Below, in pieces: positions 1 through 11,818 of a stretch of DNA of 58,762 bases. Every line of letters starts with the position of its first letter. Within the stretch, counting starts at the first letter, position 1. Below the pieces are notes generated by a model. It did no database searches, was not told where the DNA came from, and saw only the letters and a program-made list of their open reading frames with translations. The DNA is from Octopus bimaculoides (Eukaryota): the NCBI RefSeq assembly GCF_001194135.2, contig NC_068993.1, forward strand, positions 16,401,272 to 16,460,033, read 5' to 3'. Made by a program: the position numbers and the translations under genes.

Positions 1-616
1 AAGCAAGTGAGATAGTCTTTCCAAAAGTTCGTCCATGTTATAGTTTGAGTGTATAGTGTTAAGGTCAACCCTGTATTCTTCTGATTTCATTGAGACAGAA
101 CCACCTCTCTCTGTCTCTCGTACGCACACATGTGGGTGTTCAATCTACTTGAAACAACAGTGAAATTCCTTTAAATTAAACACTATAATTTTTAAAAATA
201 CGAAAGGCACATTAGGCGCTAATAATTCTAGTCAGAGCTATTTCTGACGTAAGTTGGTTGTTGCCACTAAATCTAGCACATGTAATATTCAAAGATAAAT
301 ATGAGTTAATCTTGCTTTTGTGAGTGTGTTATTAGATTTGGAAACAAATCACGACCAGATTATATTAAGATGCTAAAAGAACAGAATTACTTTGAAGAAA
401 ATCAGTTTCAGGTGATGAATTTTTCACCAACGAACACAGAATGTGATTTCGTGGAACGTCGTTGATTACTCTACCATTATCCCGCCATCTGTCCAGTGTC
501 ACATCATGATACAATTATAGTGCACTACTAATCACAATATTTCATAATACTGAAAATTAGTTTCCCGTTATGATCTTCGATTATATTATTGAGCTTTAAT
601 ATTTCTGACAATTATA

Positions 617-815
617 AGGTGGCGAGTTGGCAGAATCGTTAGCTCACCGGTACGTCCATCTTTAGGTTCTGAGTTCAAATGCTGCCAAGGTTGACTTTGC
701 CTTTCATCCTTTCGAGAGTAGATAAAATAAGTACCAGTTAAGCACTGGGATCGATGTAATCGACTTACCCACGAAATTGTTGGCCTAGTGCCAAAATTTG
801 GTATTAATATTTATG
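617..815 (+). mobile_element. SINE family B copy (internally deleted)
   Basis: Head ggcgagttggcagaatcgttagc, B-box-like gagttcaaat and central gactttgcctttcatcctttcg..gataaaataagtaccag, shared with more than 15 other copies in the window. Confidence 0.85.
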
Positions 816-1196
816 ATTATACTGTCTTTGGTAGGTAAGAACCTAATCAACATACCTAACACATATACATGGCAGGAACGTTCAAGCCAACATAAAAGCT
901 TCTTCATAGTCGCTCGGCCTACAAAAAATAAAAGCTAACTTTTCCTCAAATCACCTTGTCTTAACAAGGGGAAAAGCATCATTGGATAATTTTGTCCAGG
1001 ATGTACGATACCAGATCCTTACAATTTCGTTCGCATTGTCCGAATTATTCCGATTTTGATATCCCTGTACAAGTGTGCTTCCTCACCCCGCGACTTTGTT
1101 TCCTCATAACTTCCAGAAAAATGGATATTTTTTAATGCAATTTTCTAGAAATGCTTTTCAGTTCAGATAGTATATATAAAGTGTTGGCAACATGTA

Positions 1197-1594
1197 CAGT
1201 GGCTGTGTGGTAAGTAGCTTGCTAACCAACCACATGGTTCCGGGTTCTGTTCCACTGCGTGGCACCTTGGGCAAGTGTCTTCTACTATAGCCTCGGGCCG
1301 ACCAAAGCTTGTGAGTGGATTTGGTAGACGGAAACTGAAAGAAGCCTGTCGTATATATGTATATATAGATGTGTGTGTATTTGTGTGTCTGTGTTTGTCC
1401 CCCCCTAGCATTGCTTGACAATCGATGCTGGTGTGTTTATGTTCCCGTCACTTAGCGGTTCGGCAAAAGAGACCGATAGAATAAGTACTAGGCTTACAAA
1501 CAATAAGTCGCGGGGTCGATTTGCTCGACTAAAAGGCGGTGCTCCAGCATGGCCGCAGTCAAATGACTGAAACAAGTAAAAGGGTAAAAGAGTA
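1197..1594 (+). mobile_element. tRNA-headed SINE family A, full length
   Basis: A-box-like tggctgtgtggt, B-box-like ggttctgttcc, central (TA/TG)n and 3' tail gactgaaacaagtaaaag; near-identical copies at 20597, 24257, 51111 and 52938. Confidence 0.9.
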
Positions 1595-3565
1595 AGTCAT
1601 GTATTATCAGTTAATAACTGATTTAAAATATTTCCTGTTTTATTACTTCGTTTATGGTACTTTAATAAATTGTGATTGACTTGAATATTTTTGTTTGATT
1701 ACCTGACTTTTTTTCTTAGACAAAATTGTGACTTTTTTTTTCTATGACTTCATAAACTGTGACATTTTTTTTGTAAGTCAAAATTGTGACATTTTCCTGT
1801 GACTTTATAACCGGCCACGGTGTCAGTATGTGTGTACCGATTCACACCATTTTTTTTTTTTTTTCACATTAAATTCTGGTATAATTGTAATCAACATCAT
1901 CTGAAAGTTATTTGTAGAAAATATCGTTTTAAAATATACATTTTTTCTTCAAAGTTGTAAAGAAACAAAATCAGTGTGGGCGCTTTAAAAACACTGAAAC
2001 ATATTCAGAGCGCTATTTTAGAAAATCATCTCCGTTCCCTTTGAACATACAAAGCTTGAGCAAAATGAGTAAGACGAGATAAAGGAAAGCTAGCTCTTCA
2101 TTTCTTCAGAATTACATTTGAGAAAGGACTCATACACATCAGTATTTTCATCCTTTAGACATCGGAAAGATTAACAAAAATTTAAAATATCTAAGTTAAA
2201 TTAGAGGATCATGGAAAAATGGCACATATGAAATTTAAGGAAACTGAATAAATCTAAAAACTCAATATAAAATATTCTCTATAGCTTCTTCACGATTTCT
2301 TAAAATAGCTCTCTCTTCTTGATATATTTACGCTCTATGCAGTTAAACGGACGAAATTATTGAAATTAATCATTACTCATTTTACCCCACATTCGACATG
2401 TTTAGAAAATTATCAAAATTTACATTAGTGTGTGTGTGTGGGGGGGATTGACTTGGAATCCAACTAAGAAAAGAATTTTGATTGTAAAACACCCAAAATA
2501 TCCAGATATTTTATTAGCAACTTCAATTACAATGGGGTCAAAGTTGAGGGAAAATTTCTTGAAAAAAAAAAAAGAAAAATATCTGTCACTCGACTGCATC
2601 GGACTCTCTCAACCTCAACAACAACAACTATGTCGACTAATTTTTATTCCTAAAATATGATGTAACTGTACAAAATAATGATGCAATACTTGCAAACGGA
2701 TANNNNNNNNNNNNNNNNNNNNNNNNNNNNNNNNNNNNNNNNNNNNNNNNNNNNNNNNNNNNNNNNNNNNNNNNNNNNNNNNNNNNNNNNNNNNNNNNNN
2801 NNNNNNNNNNNNNNNNNNNNNNNNNNNNNNNNNNNNNNNNNNNNNNNNNNNNNNNNNNNNNNNNNNNNNNNNNNNNNNNNNNNNNNNNNNNNNNNNNNNN
2901 NNNNNNNNNNNNNNNNNNNNNNNNNNNNNNNNNNNNNNNNNNNNNNNNNNNNNNNNNNNNNNNNNNNNNNNNNNNNNNNNNNNNNNNNNNNNNNNNNNNN
3001 NNNNNNNNNNNNNNNNNNNNNNNNNNNNNNNNNNNNNNNNNNNNNNNNNNNNNNNNNNNNNNNNNNNNNNNNNNNNNNNNNNNNNNNNNNNNNNNNNNNN
3101 NNNNNNNNNNNNNNNNNNNNNNNNNNNNNNNNNNNNNNNNNNNNNNNNNNNNNNNNNNNNNNNNNNNNNNNNNNNNNNNNNNNNNNNNNNNNNNNNNNNN
3201 NNNNNNNNNNNNNNNNNNNNNNNNNNNNNNNNNNNNNNNNNNNNNNNNNNNNNNNNNNNNNNNNNNNNNNNNNNNNNNNNNNNNNNNNNNNNNNNNNNNN
3301 NNNNNNNNNNNNNNNNNNNNNNNNNNNNNNNNNNNNNNNNNNNNNNNNNNNNNNNNNNNNNNNNNNNNNNNNNNNNNNNNNNNNNNNNNNNNNNNNNNNN
3401 NNNNNNNNNNNNNNNNNNNNNNNNNNNNNNNNNNNNNNNNNNNNNNNNNNNNNNNNNNNNNNNNNTATATAATAATAATAATATTAGGGATAAAAATCCA
3501 AAATTGCAGGTAAAAACTCAATTAAAATCAATTTATTAAAAATTAAAATTAAATTAGGTTTCACA

Positions 3566-3595
3566 GTATTAAATATATATATATATATATATTAA

Positions 3596-3636
<41 letters not shown>

Positions 3637-3850
3637 ATATGCTGTGCAATATATGCGAGTGTATGTGTTTGAGGAAGCATATGTACGTGTGTGTGTGTTT
3701 GTATATTTGTGTATGTGTGCGTTTGTGGTGTTTTACATATATGTGAGTGTGCATGTGTGAGCATGTATACATGTGTATGTGATATGTATGAATCCTCACG
3801 TATCATGAGAGTGTGTATGTGAGTGTATGTATGTGTATGTATGGTACGTG
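3566..3850. repeat. (TA)n/(TG)n microsatellite mosaic
   Basis: Direct reading of dinucleotide runs. Confidence 0.9.
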
Positions 3851-4009
3851 TGACGGTCATCTGGATGTTCCGTCGCTAGTATCGACTCCATTGCTTTCCA
3901 TTGGAGCAGACGACAATTGCACCTGTCACATAATATATACACTCTTCCCACTACCCTATTCCCCCCCTCCCCATTTTCTCTGCTTTTGACTTAAGAATCA
4001 CATCAATCA

Positions 4010-4375
4010 CTCATGTGATTTTCCTCCTCTTTCTCTCCTTCCCTTCCTCATTCCTCTTCCTTTCCCCTCCTCTCTCCTTCCCTTTCATTTCGTCTTCCTC
4101 CTTCCTTGTCCTTCTCCTTTCTCTCCTTCTGCTCCTCATTCCCCTTCTCATTCCTTTCCTCCTTTCCATTTTCATCCCCCTCCTCTCTCCTTCCTTTCTT
4201 CTTCCCCTTTCATTTCGTCTTCCTCCTTCCTTGTCCTTCTCCGTTCTCTCCTTCTGCTCCTCATTCCCCCTCCTTACCTTTCTCATTCCTTTCCTCCTCT
4301 CCATTTTCACCCCCTTCCTCTCTTCTTCCTCCTTCGTCTCCTAAACTACGTTTCCCTCTTCCTCCTGCTTTTCTC
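4010..4375. repeat. CT-rich polypyrimidine tract with ~125-bp internal duplication
   Basis: Mostly C/T; catttcgtcttcctccttccttgtccttctcc occurs at ~4086 and ~4211. Confidence 0.85.
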
Positions 4376-5759
4376 TAATGTCGACAGTTTAACGCGAACC
4401 TCCATTTTATCTCTCTTTATCCATTCCCATACAAGCAGACGACAACCTAAGGAGTTTATTATTGACTGTTTGTTAATGGCATCGATGAAGAATATTACTA
4501 AGTTGGAACGTTTTACCATTAGCTGACTTTTACTTCCTTTTATTTCGCGAAGACTGCATGATAAATGTTGGTAAAGTAATAATTGAATACTCTAACTTAT
4601 TCTAAATTCCACTCATTTTAAATTCTACCTGTTCAAAATTCTGTCAATTCTAAATTCTACCAAAGTGTAAATTTTGTCTGTAAATTCTATAATTACCAAT
4701 TTTAATATATTTTTAAAGTATGAGAAAAATTTGGTGCTTGTCCAATTTTGCAGCAAATCAAAATGTTCTTTTAATATCTTGGATTAGATAATCCATGAAT
4801 TAAATGGCTGAGTTCAGTTTCAAGAAAACCTTTCGTTTTTCTTAATGCCGTAAAAGAAAAAAGAAAAGCTTTAAGTTTCTCTCCTCCCGAATTTTAATAA
4901 ATTAATTCCCAAGATAAATCGTCAGGTCAGACATGCTGGTTAGTGACGTAGAGGAATTTCGAACATTTAAGATTTGGATCATGGGGCTCGTTAATTACTT
5001 GAGATATTTTGTTAATATGTGAAGTGTAATGTATACAAAATCAAATGGTGGGAAGCAAGAAGGTATTTTAAGTCTATGAAGGAATGGGCAAGCTGTGATG
5101 TTGAGGACATGTAGATTCAGAAGTTTAGTGAGGAATCCTTTTTTCAGTTGTTACAACCAAATTGCTTTTGCAGTTTATCCTTTGTAACAAAGCATTTTTT
5201 TTTTTATGTCTTTTTAAATAAATTTTAGGCGATCTTTCGATTTAAGTATCAAAATCAAATCAGCTGATTTATCTGCTTGTTCGGCAATTTCTGTAAAAAT
5301 ATTTTTCTTTATTTAATTTTTTCAAAAACTATGTCATTTTGAAGCTGACAATTACCTCCGTGTGGGAGTTGAAATGAGAAGCACGCTCTCGCGTGCACAT
5401 GTACTTACTCCCATTGACTTTCATGTCCTCTCTCTCTCTGTCACACACACATAAACACATATCTTTTTCATTATTCTCACGAATTATGTTTATGTATTTT
5501 TGTGTATGTGTTAATATTTGTGTATGTATATTAGTGCATGGATAGTCTGTACGTGTGTACAAAATATTTTTTTGTGTGTATATATGTTTGTACGCATGTA
5601 AGTACAAGGGTGGGCTGAAAAGTCCGTAGACTATGAAGGAGTGAGGCTAGAGCTGTGAAATGTTGCATGCGTTAATTTCAACCCTTATTATTAATAACCG
5701 CATTGTTTTTTTCCAGGTAAACTGACACCTGACTGTTCAAAGAAGGCTTCAAAAGTAAC

Positions 5760-5803
5760 GGCGACCTTAGGCCGATATTTAGGACTCGTACCGTAAGATC
5801 GCC
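5760..5803. mobile_element. 44-bp micro-insertion with short inverted ends and 8-bp TSD
   Basis: aaagtaac at 5752-5759 and 5804-5811; ends ggcgaccttagg versus reverse-complemented ggcgatcttacg (10/12). Confidence 0.7.
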
Positions 5804-6106
5804 AAAGTAACTAGTAGCGACTTCTTTTGAAAATGGACAAAATTTGGCATCGCGGTGGTATCAAAGTACCCGTAGAAAAAGGGTTTAGTCCCAAAGGACA
5901 TTCATGCTACCATGGTTGCTTCATTGGGAGAATGATGCTCCAGCCTTAACAACAGTGCAGTGGTGGGCAGCTGAATTTAAGAGAGGAAGGAAAAGTCTTG
6001 AAGATTACCCAATGTCTGGTCATCTTGCAACTGCCACCACCGAGGAAAACATTGATCGTGTTCACCACATGGTGATGGATGACAGGCAATTGACTATAAA
6101 TAAAAT

Positions 6107-6752
6107 GGATCTATTTCAAAATGGGGGCACCAGTTTTCATTTATGTTTTATGTAGTGTTTTTGGTACCGAAAGACTTTCAAACTTCGTATACTTATCTAT
6201 TTTGTGTTATAGAACAGAAAAAATTTTTTGTATTCGAATTTATTTCATGTAAAAAATTGTCTTATTTCGATAATTTCTACTAATCACTGACGTCTATTCA
6301 GTTGAAAACAGTTAGCGCTGTAACGGTGTATATCGTATTAATCCCCTAACCCTAACTAGACTGTTAACCCTAACCCTAACCCTAAAACTAACCCTAACTC
6401 GAGAATCCGAACTCTAAAATTGTTACACACATAGATACGCACAGCGAAATTTATTATATAAATAATATGCGTATAAATTACGATTAAACCGGATGAAATA
6501 TGTCACAGGGAATAACATTTTTATGACCGCCCAGCAGTAACTCTATTGAGCTGAATAGACGTCAGTGATTGGTTGAAATTACAGAAATACGACAACTTTA
6601 ACATGGAATAACTTGCGATGTACGTTTTTTTGTTAAGAAGACTAAGAGTAAAAGATGTTTTATATGACACATTCTACCAGTGTCCCAAGTTTCAAAGTGT
6701 TTCGTTAGTGTTTCGTTAAGAAAATACTGGTGCCCCGTTTTGAAATAGATCC
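6107..6752. mobile_element. Long-TIR MITE (Merlin-like?) nested in mariner
   Basis: 8-bp TSD aataaaat (6099-6106, 6753-6760); TIR ggatctatttcaaaa(t/c)gggg; imperfect arms continue to a perfect 20-bp IR at 6282-6301/6551-6570; removing it restores the transposase frame (QLTINK-IANA). Confidence 0.85.
6344..6397. repeat. Interstitial (CCCTAA)n telomere-type repeat
   Basis: Six perfect CCCTAA units with two interruptions. Confidence 0.85.
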
Positions 6753-9170
6753 AATAAAATAGCCAATGCTATTAGCATGTCTTGTGAGAGTACTGAGAAT
6801 ATTCTGCGCAATGGAACATGGTATGACAAAGGCTTCTGCTTGGCTACCACGTCTTCTGACATCAAAAGCGCACCAGGTTGATCATACTGCAGGAAAATCT
6901 GATATTGTTTGAGACGGATGCAGTTGGTTTCCTTGAACACTTCCTAACAGAGGATAAGTGTTGCTTAATTACTTGGGCCAGAGAGACAATCCATGTAGTG
7001 GAAACATTCCTCCTCACCTGCTCCAAAGAAGGCCAAGATTGTTTCATCTGCAGGGAAGTTGATGGCTTCAGTTTTGGGGGATGGAAAAGGTATGGTGTTT
7101 ATTGACTGGGGCCACACAATCAGAGGAGAGTACTACGTAAACTTCCTGAGGCAGTTACGAAAGGCTATCAAGACCAAACGCTCAAGAAAACTGACAAAAT
7201 AGGTCTTATTTCATCAGGACAGTGCTCCTCAATCAAGTCGTTGGTTTCAATGGCTGCTGTGCATGACTGGCTTTGAATTGGTTGATCACCGTCCTTAATC
7301 TCCTGATTTGGCCCCCGCTGACTATTATCTCTTCCCCTACACGAAAAAAAAAAAAACTTGGCTAGGAAGCAGTATCACAGTGATGATGACGGCATATCTG
7401 CTGTTGACTTTTTTTTAGCAACAGGATGGAAGCTTCTTCACCGATGGAGATTGTTAAAAAATAAACTTCATTTGATCACATTCCATTGGTCAGCTTATGA
7501 ACTCTTCAGCCAACCCTCGTATACATACATAAAAATATATATTGTATATAAGTACTCAAACAGGCCTGTACATAGATACACAAATATACATGTACACATA
7601 AACACTGCATACACAAAAACAAGCGATTCGTGAAAACATAAAAAAGAGATAGATGTGTGTGTGTGTGTATGTATGTGGGTTTCATTATTCAGTATGTGGA
7701 TATGAAAGTCAGTGGGTGTACGTATATGTGCGCGCGCGTTTTACTTTTCAACTCGTACACGGACTTGAAAGGCAAATGTCGGCTTCATCAGGACATGAGA
7801 AAAAAAATTAAAGAAATATTGTCTATTTTTTTTTCCTTATTGTTTTTTTCTAGAAGTTTGTCCTAAACTCTCATACTTGTTTTCAGATNNNNNNNNNNNN
7901 NNNNNNNNNNNNNNNNNNNNNNNNNNNNNNNNNNNNNNNNNNNNNNNNNNNNNNNNNNNNNNNNNNNNNNNNNNNNNNNNNNNNNNNNNNNNNNNNNNNN
8001 NNNNNNNNNNNNNNNNNNNNNNNNNNNNNNNNNNNNNNNNNNNNNNNNNNNNNNNNNNNNNNNNNNNNNNNNNNNNNNNNNNNNNNNNNNNNNNNNNNNN
8101 NNNNNNNNNNNNNNNNNNNNNNNNNNNNNNNTTTAAATATCCGACATTCCAGTAAAATAGAAATTGTGCAAAGAACCGTAATTTCTTCGGGTCTGTAAGG
8201 AAGGACCGTGCGAACTCAAAAAGGAGAAATGGTGACGAATGGAAAAACAGAGGACTCCTTTTATTTAAACGTGTCACACGGTCGAACACAAACTAATATA
8301 TATCAAACATGATATACATGATATGTTATGCGACGATAACATAGATGACCAGTAATGAAAGACCACAACCGTATTAGATGAATAACAGAGATATTTATTA
8401 TGGCGTTAAAGATGTATGTCTGTGTGAGAGTGTGAATGCGACATATAAGAGCATAATCAAAGACAGTACGGTATTATCCATACAATTTCAAAATAAGGTG
8501 ATTAGAATCAAAATAAGCAACAAGGCTATCTAGAGGTAATGCAGTACGATCGTTTCCCGCAACTCCATTTAATTGAACAATGCAACCATTACATCAATTT
8601 AAATGCAGAGCAATCCTCAGCTGCACAAAGACAGAATTTAATTAAATTAAAACAGGTGGATACATTAGTATAATTTTGTCTAAAATCTCCAAGAAGTTAA
8701 GGAGATAGACAAAGAACATGCTGCCTTTCCTTCCACTTAGAAGCTACTAAGTTATCAGGAAGAAAGACTTGTTACAGATTTTGCATGTCACTTTTATATG
8801 TGATCTCAATCTAATTTATAGCTCGTTCAGCTTAAGACAGTCCAGATAGAGGAAACATCCATTGCTAAAACTTTATATATCACTTAAAATATCCAGAATA
8901 AATCAATTTGGATTGACAGAATCATTAGGGCATCGATCGTACCGTCAGCAGTTATAATGTTACAGCCTTTTAAGTGCCGAGTTCAAATCCCACAGATATC
9001 AAAATTTCCTTTCATCTTTCCAAGGTCGATACAAAGTCAAGCAATCTTTCCTCCAATATTTTGCTGTCGTTGAACGCAGATATTGGTTGTGTGCAATTTT
9101 TGTCTTTCTTTGCAATGTATGTACGATTTCGTGCCATTAACATCTTCGATTAAAAAATTTCGCTACCAGC

Positions 9171-9340
9171 TATATAAGACATTTTCCATCATCAAACGGG
9201 TCGCTGTACTAAAAAAATTACGGTAATTTTTCGTTAAGCGCGCCATTCAGAATGTCCCGTATGCCGCAGTTTACCCATGACTGAACTAGATGGGGATAAA
9301 GTCATGGGAATTTGTGAAAGCAGGGAAATATCTGGTGAGA
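9171..9340 (+). promoter_or_regulatory. Candidate TATA promoter and short first coding exon
   Basis: TATATAAG at 9171-9178 in a CpG-dense stretch; ATG at 9277 open for 19 codons plus 1 nt (MTELDGDKVMGICESREIS) to G|GTGAGA; CpG density collapses just downstream. Confidence 0.25.
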
Positions 9341-9911
9341 GATAAATATTTGATAAATTCAGTATTTTTTTATGTCCTACTATTAGTTTCATGTGCTGAG
9401 AACAGACCAGTGGTTTTTAACACATCTAGTGTCCTAGCACAATCATCAGACACTGCCCCTATGGCATAACGAACTTAGTTCTCATCACATGAAACTAATA
9501 GTAGCGCATAAAAACATATACTGTGCTTATTAAATATTTTTCTCAACAGATAGTGTACTTTTTTTGTTGATTTTACCATCATGGAACATTACACCATATA
9601 TATATATATATATATATGTATATTACTATTATTAGTAGCAATAGTGGTAATAGTTACCCTTGAAACATTTGATAACATTGCCCCAGATAACCCTAAACAG
9701 ATGAAGTGGTCATGGTTGGAATGCCTTTCACTGGAACCTTACTTGATCAGGGCTGACTTGGAGCTAAACACTATCAACAATAACACAGTTGTATATGAAG
9801 GATATTAGAAGCATGAATTCCTTCACAAATTGACTACATAAAAATATTCCATTCCTAAATAAGGCCATGATGGCTAAAAGAAACTGCTTTCCAATAATTT
9901 CTGAAAAAGAT

Positions 9912-10130
9912 AAGGTGGTGAGCTGAGAGAAATGTTAGCATGCCGGGCAAAATGCTTAGCGGCATTTCATGTCTTTACATTCCGAGTTCAAATTCCACTG
10001 GGGTTGATTTGCCTTTCATACTTTCAGAGTCGATGAAATAAGTACCAGTTGAACAATTGGGTCGATGAACTCAACTTACCCCCTCCCCAGAAATTGCAGG
10101 CCTTGTGCCAAAATTTTAAACCAATAATTT
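9912..10130 (+). mobile_element. SINE family B copy
   Basis: Same head, central block and tail as other B copies. Confidence 0.85.
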
Positions 10131-10724
10131 CTGGAAAAGTTGTCAACTACCAACTTTCTAAACTGATGGATAAACCTCTGTTATTGTATTCTCTGTTAGA
10201 AATAGCAACCAAATGTAACTTAAATCATACAAAAATGGGAACACAGTATTACTTTAGATCATAGATTATAGTTCATCTGACCTGGATGACACCTAATCCA
10301 AGGCTAAAGAGCAATTAGAATTAATGTCCACCAGTGATATTTGGGAAATTACAATCCCTGTGGAATTTGAACTCAGAACATAGACTGAAGTAACCATGTG
10401 CTACAAGACACTTATTTATGAACTGGTCTTCTAGTATTTCTGTTATTTCTTCTGCTCTGACTGAATACAAGTTAATTATCATAATTTATTTTCCCACTGA
10501 TCAAATGCATTGTGTTTCATTAGATTTGTATTAATGTGAAGGTAGCAGTTCAGATATTTCTCAAGTTCATATTCTCTTTGTTGACAAGGTGAAATATGAA
10601 ACCAACAATACAGCCTTTGTGGGGTTGTTTGACTTGTTACAAATAGCTACTAGATTTCTCAAATCCTACCAAACTTCCTTAAAAAGAAGGGGAGGAGACA
10701 ATGAGCAATGTAATCTTAAGATAT

Positions 10725-10862
10725 ATATAGTGGCTGTGTGGTCACAACCACATGGTTCTGGGTTCAGTGGCACCTTGGGCCAGTGTCTTCTACTATAGCC
10801 TCAGACCAACCAAAGCTTTGTGAGTAGATTTAGTAGACAGAAACTGAAAGTAGCTTGTCATA
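10725..10862 (+). mobile_element. SINE family A 5' half
   Basis: gtggctgtgtggt..cacatggttc..ggcaccttgggc..gtagacagaaactgaaag. Confidence 0.8.
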
Positions 10863-10866
10863 TATA

Positions 10867-11100
10867 CATTGGGTCATTCCATAAATATTACGTTTTTTTT
10901 ATACCTTTATTTTTCAAAATTAAGATAAAGTTTTTTTTAAATCTCAAATATACTCTCCTTCATTTTCTACAATGCTCTTCCATCTATCTGGTAGACTTGA
11001 AAGGCCCCTCTTCCAAAATCTACTTATCCATGATGAAAAATACTCCTCTAGTACTGTTCTGACTTCATCTACAGAATTCATATTTTTTCTGTACAAAGGA
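10867..11100 (-). mobile_element. Mariner 3' end fragment (transposase C-terminus plus TIR)
   Basis: Minus-strand translation KNMNSVDEVRTVLEEYFSSWISRFWKRGLSSLPDRWKSIVENEGEYI*, a typical mariner C-terminus; ends in the TA run of SINE A. Confidence 0.8.
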
Positions 11101-11784
11101 TTTTGAAGAGTGCGAACCTAGTACTTATTCTATCAATCTCTTTTGCTGAACTAAGTTATGGAGATGTAAACACACCAACATCGGTTGTCAAGTGACGGTG
11201 AGGGGGATAGACAGACACACACACACACACACACACCCACACACACACACANNNNNNNNNNNNNNNNNNNNNNNNNNNNNNNNNNNNNNNNNNNNNNNNN
11301 NNNNNNNNNNNNNNNNNNNNNNNNNNNNNNNNNNNNNNNNNNNNNNNNNNNNNNNNNNNNNNNNNNNNNNNNNNNNNNNNNNNNNNNNNNNNNNNNNNNN
11401 NNNNNNNNNNNNNNNNNNNNNNNNNNNNNNNNNNNNNNNNNNNNNNNNNNNNNNNNNNNNNNNNNNNNNNNNNNNNNNNNNNNNNNNNNNNNNNNNNNNN
11501 NNNNNNNNNNNNNNNNNNNNNNNNNNNNNNNNNNNNNNNNNNNNNNNNNNNNNNNNNNNNNNNNNNNNNNNNNNNNNNNNNNNNNNNNNNNNNNNNNNNN
11601 NNNNNNNNNNNNNNNNNNNNNNNNNNNNNNNNNNNNNNNNNNNNNNNNNNNNNNNNNNNNNNNNNNNNNNNNNNNNNNNNNNNNNNNNNNNNNNNNNNNN
11701 GGTTGTCATTTTTCAGATTCGTAAATTGAAAAAGAATTTTTTTTTTGATAAATTTTCTTGTCAGTCATAAATAAATGATATAGT

Positions 11785-11818
<34 letters not shown>

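Larger units (their letters stand above)
5833..7460 (+). pseudogene. Mariner transposase pseudogene
   Basis: MDKIWHRG.., WAAEFKRGRKSLED..SGH..TATTEENIDRVHHMVMDDRQLT (HTH region), FHQDSAP and SPDLAPADYYLF motifs; frameshifts, stops and insertions. Confidence 0.9.
5605..7519 (+). mobile_element. Tc1/mariner (mariner-type) transposon, full-length fossil with two nested insertions
   Basis: TIRs caagggtgggctgaaaagtcc (left) and cgagggttggctgaagagttc (reverse complement of right end), TA on both sides (5603-5604, 7520-7521); transposase relics inside. Confidence 0.92.

Noticed and set aside
2637-3521. Long ORFs spanning N-gaps (also 7837-8289, 11185-11770, 20568-21212, 41432-41981, 47024-47420)
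   Set aside because: Length comes from runs of N; no coding evidence
4011-4378. R/E/K-rich and F/S/L-rich ORFs
   Set aside because: Translation of a CT-rich low-complexity tract
4479-4492. gcatcgatgaagaa, identical to a conserved 5.8S rRNA motif
   Set aside because: The match stops at 14 nt and the flanks do not resemble 5.8S; treated as chance
6344-6397. True telomere or chromosome fusion site
   Set aside because: Only six units, enclosed in a TSD-flanked MITE, with no head-to-head TTAGGG/CCCTAA junction
7862-7888. Strong splice acceptor immediately before an N-gap
   Set aside because: Any exon would lie in unsequenced DNA; untestable here, and such motifs are common in AT-rich DNA
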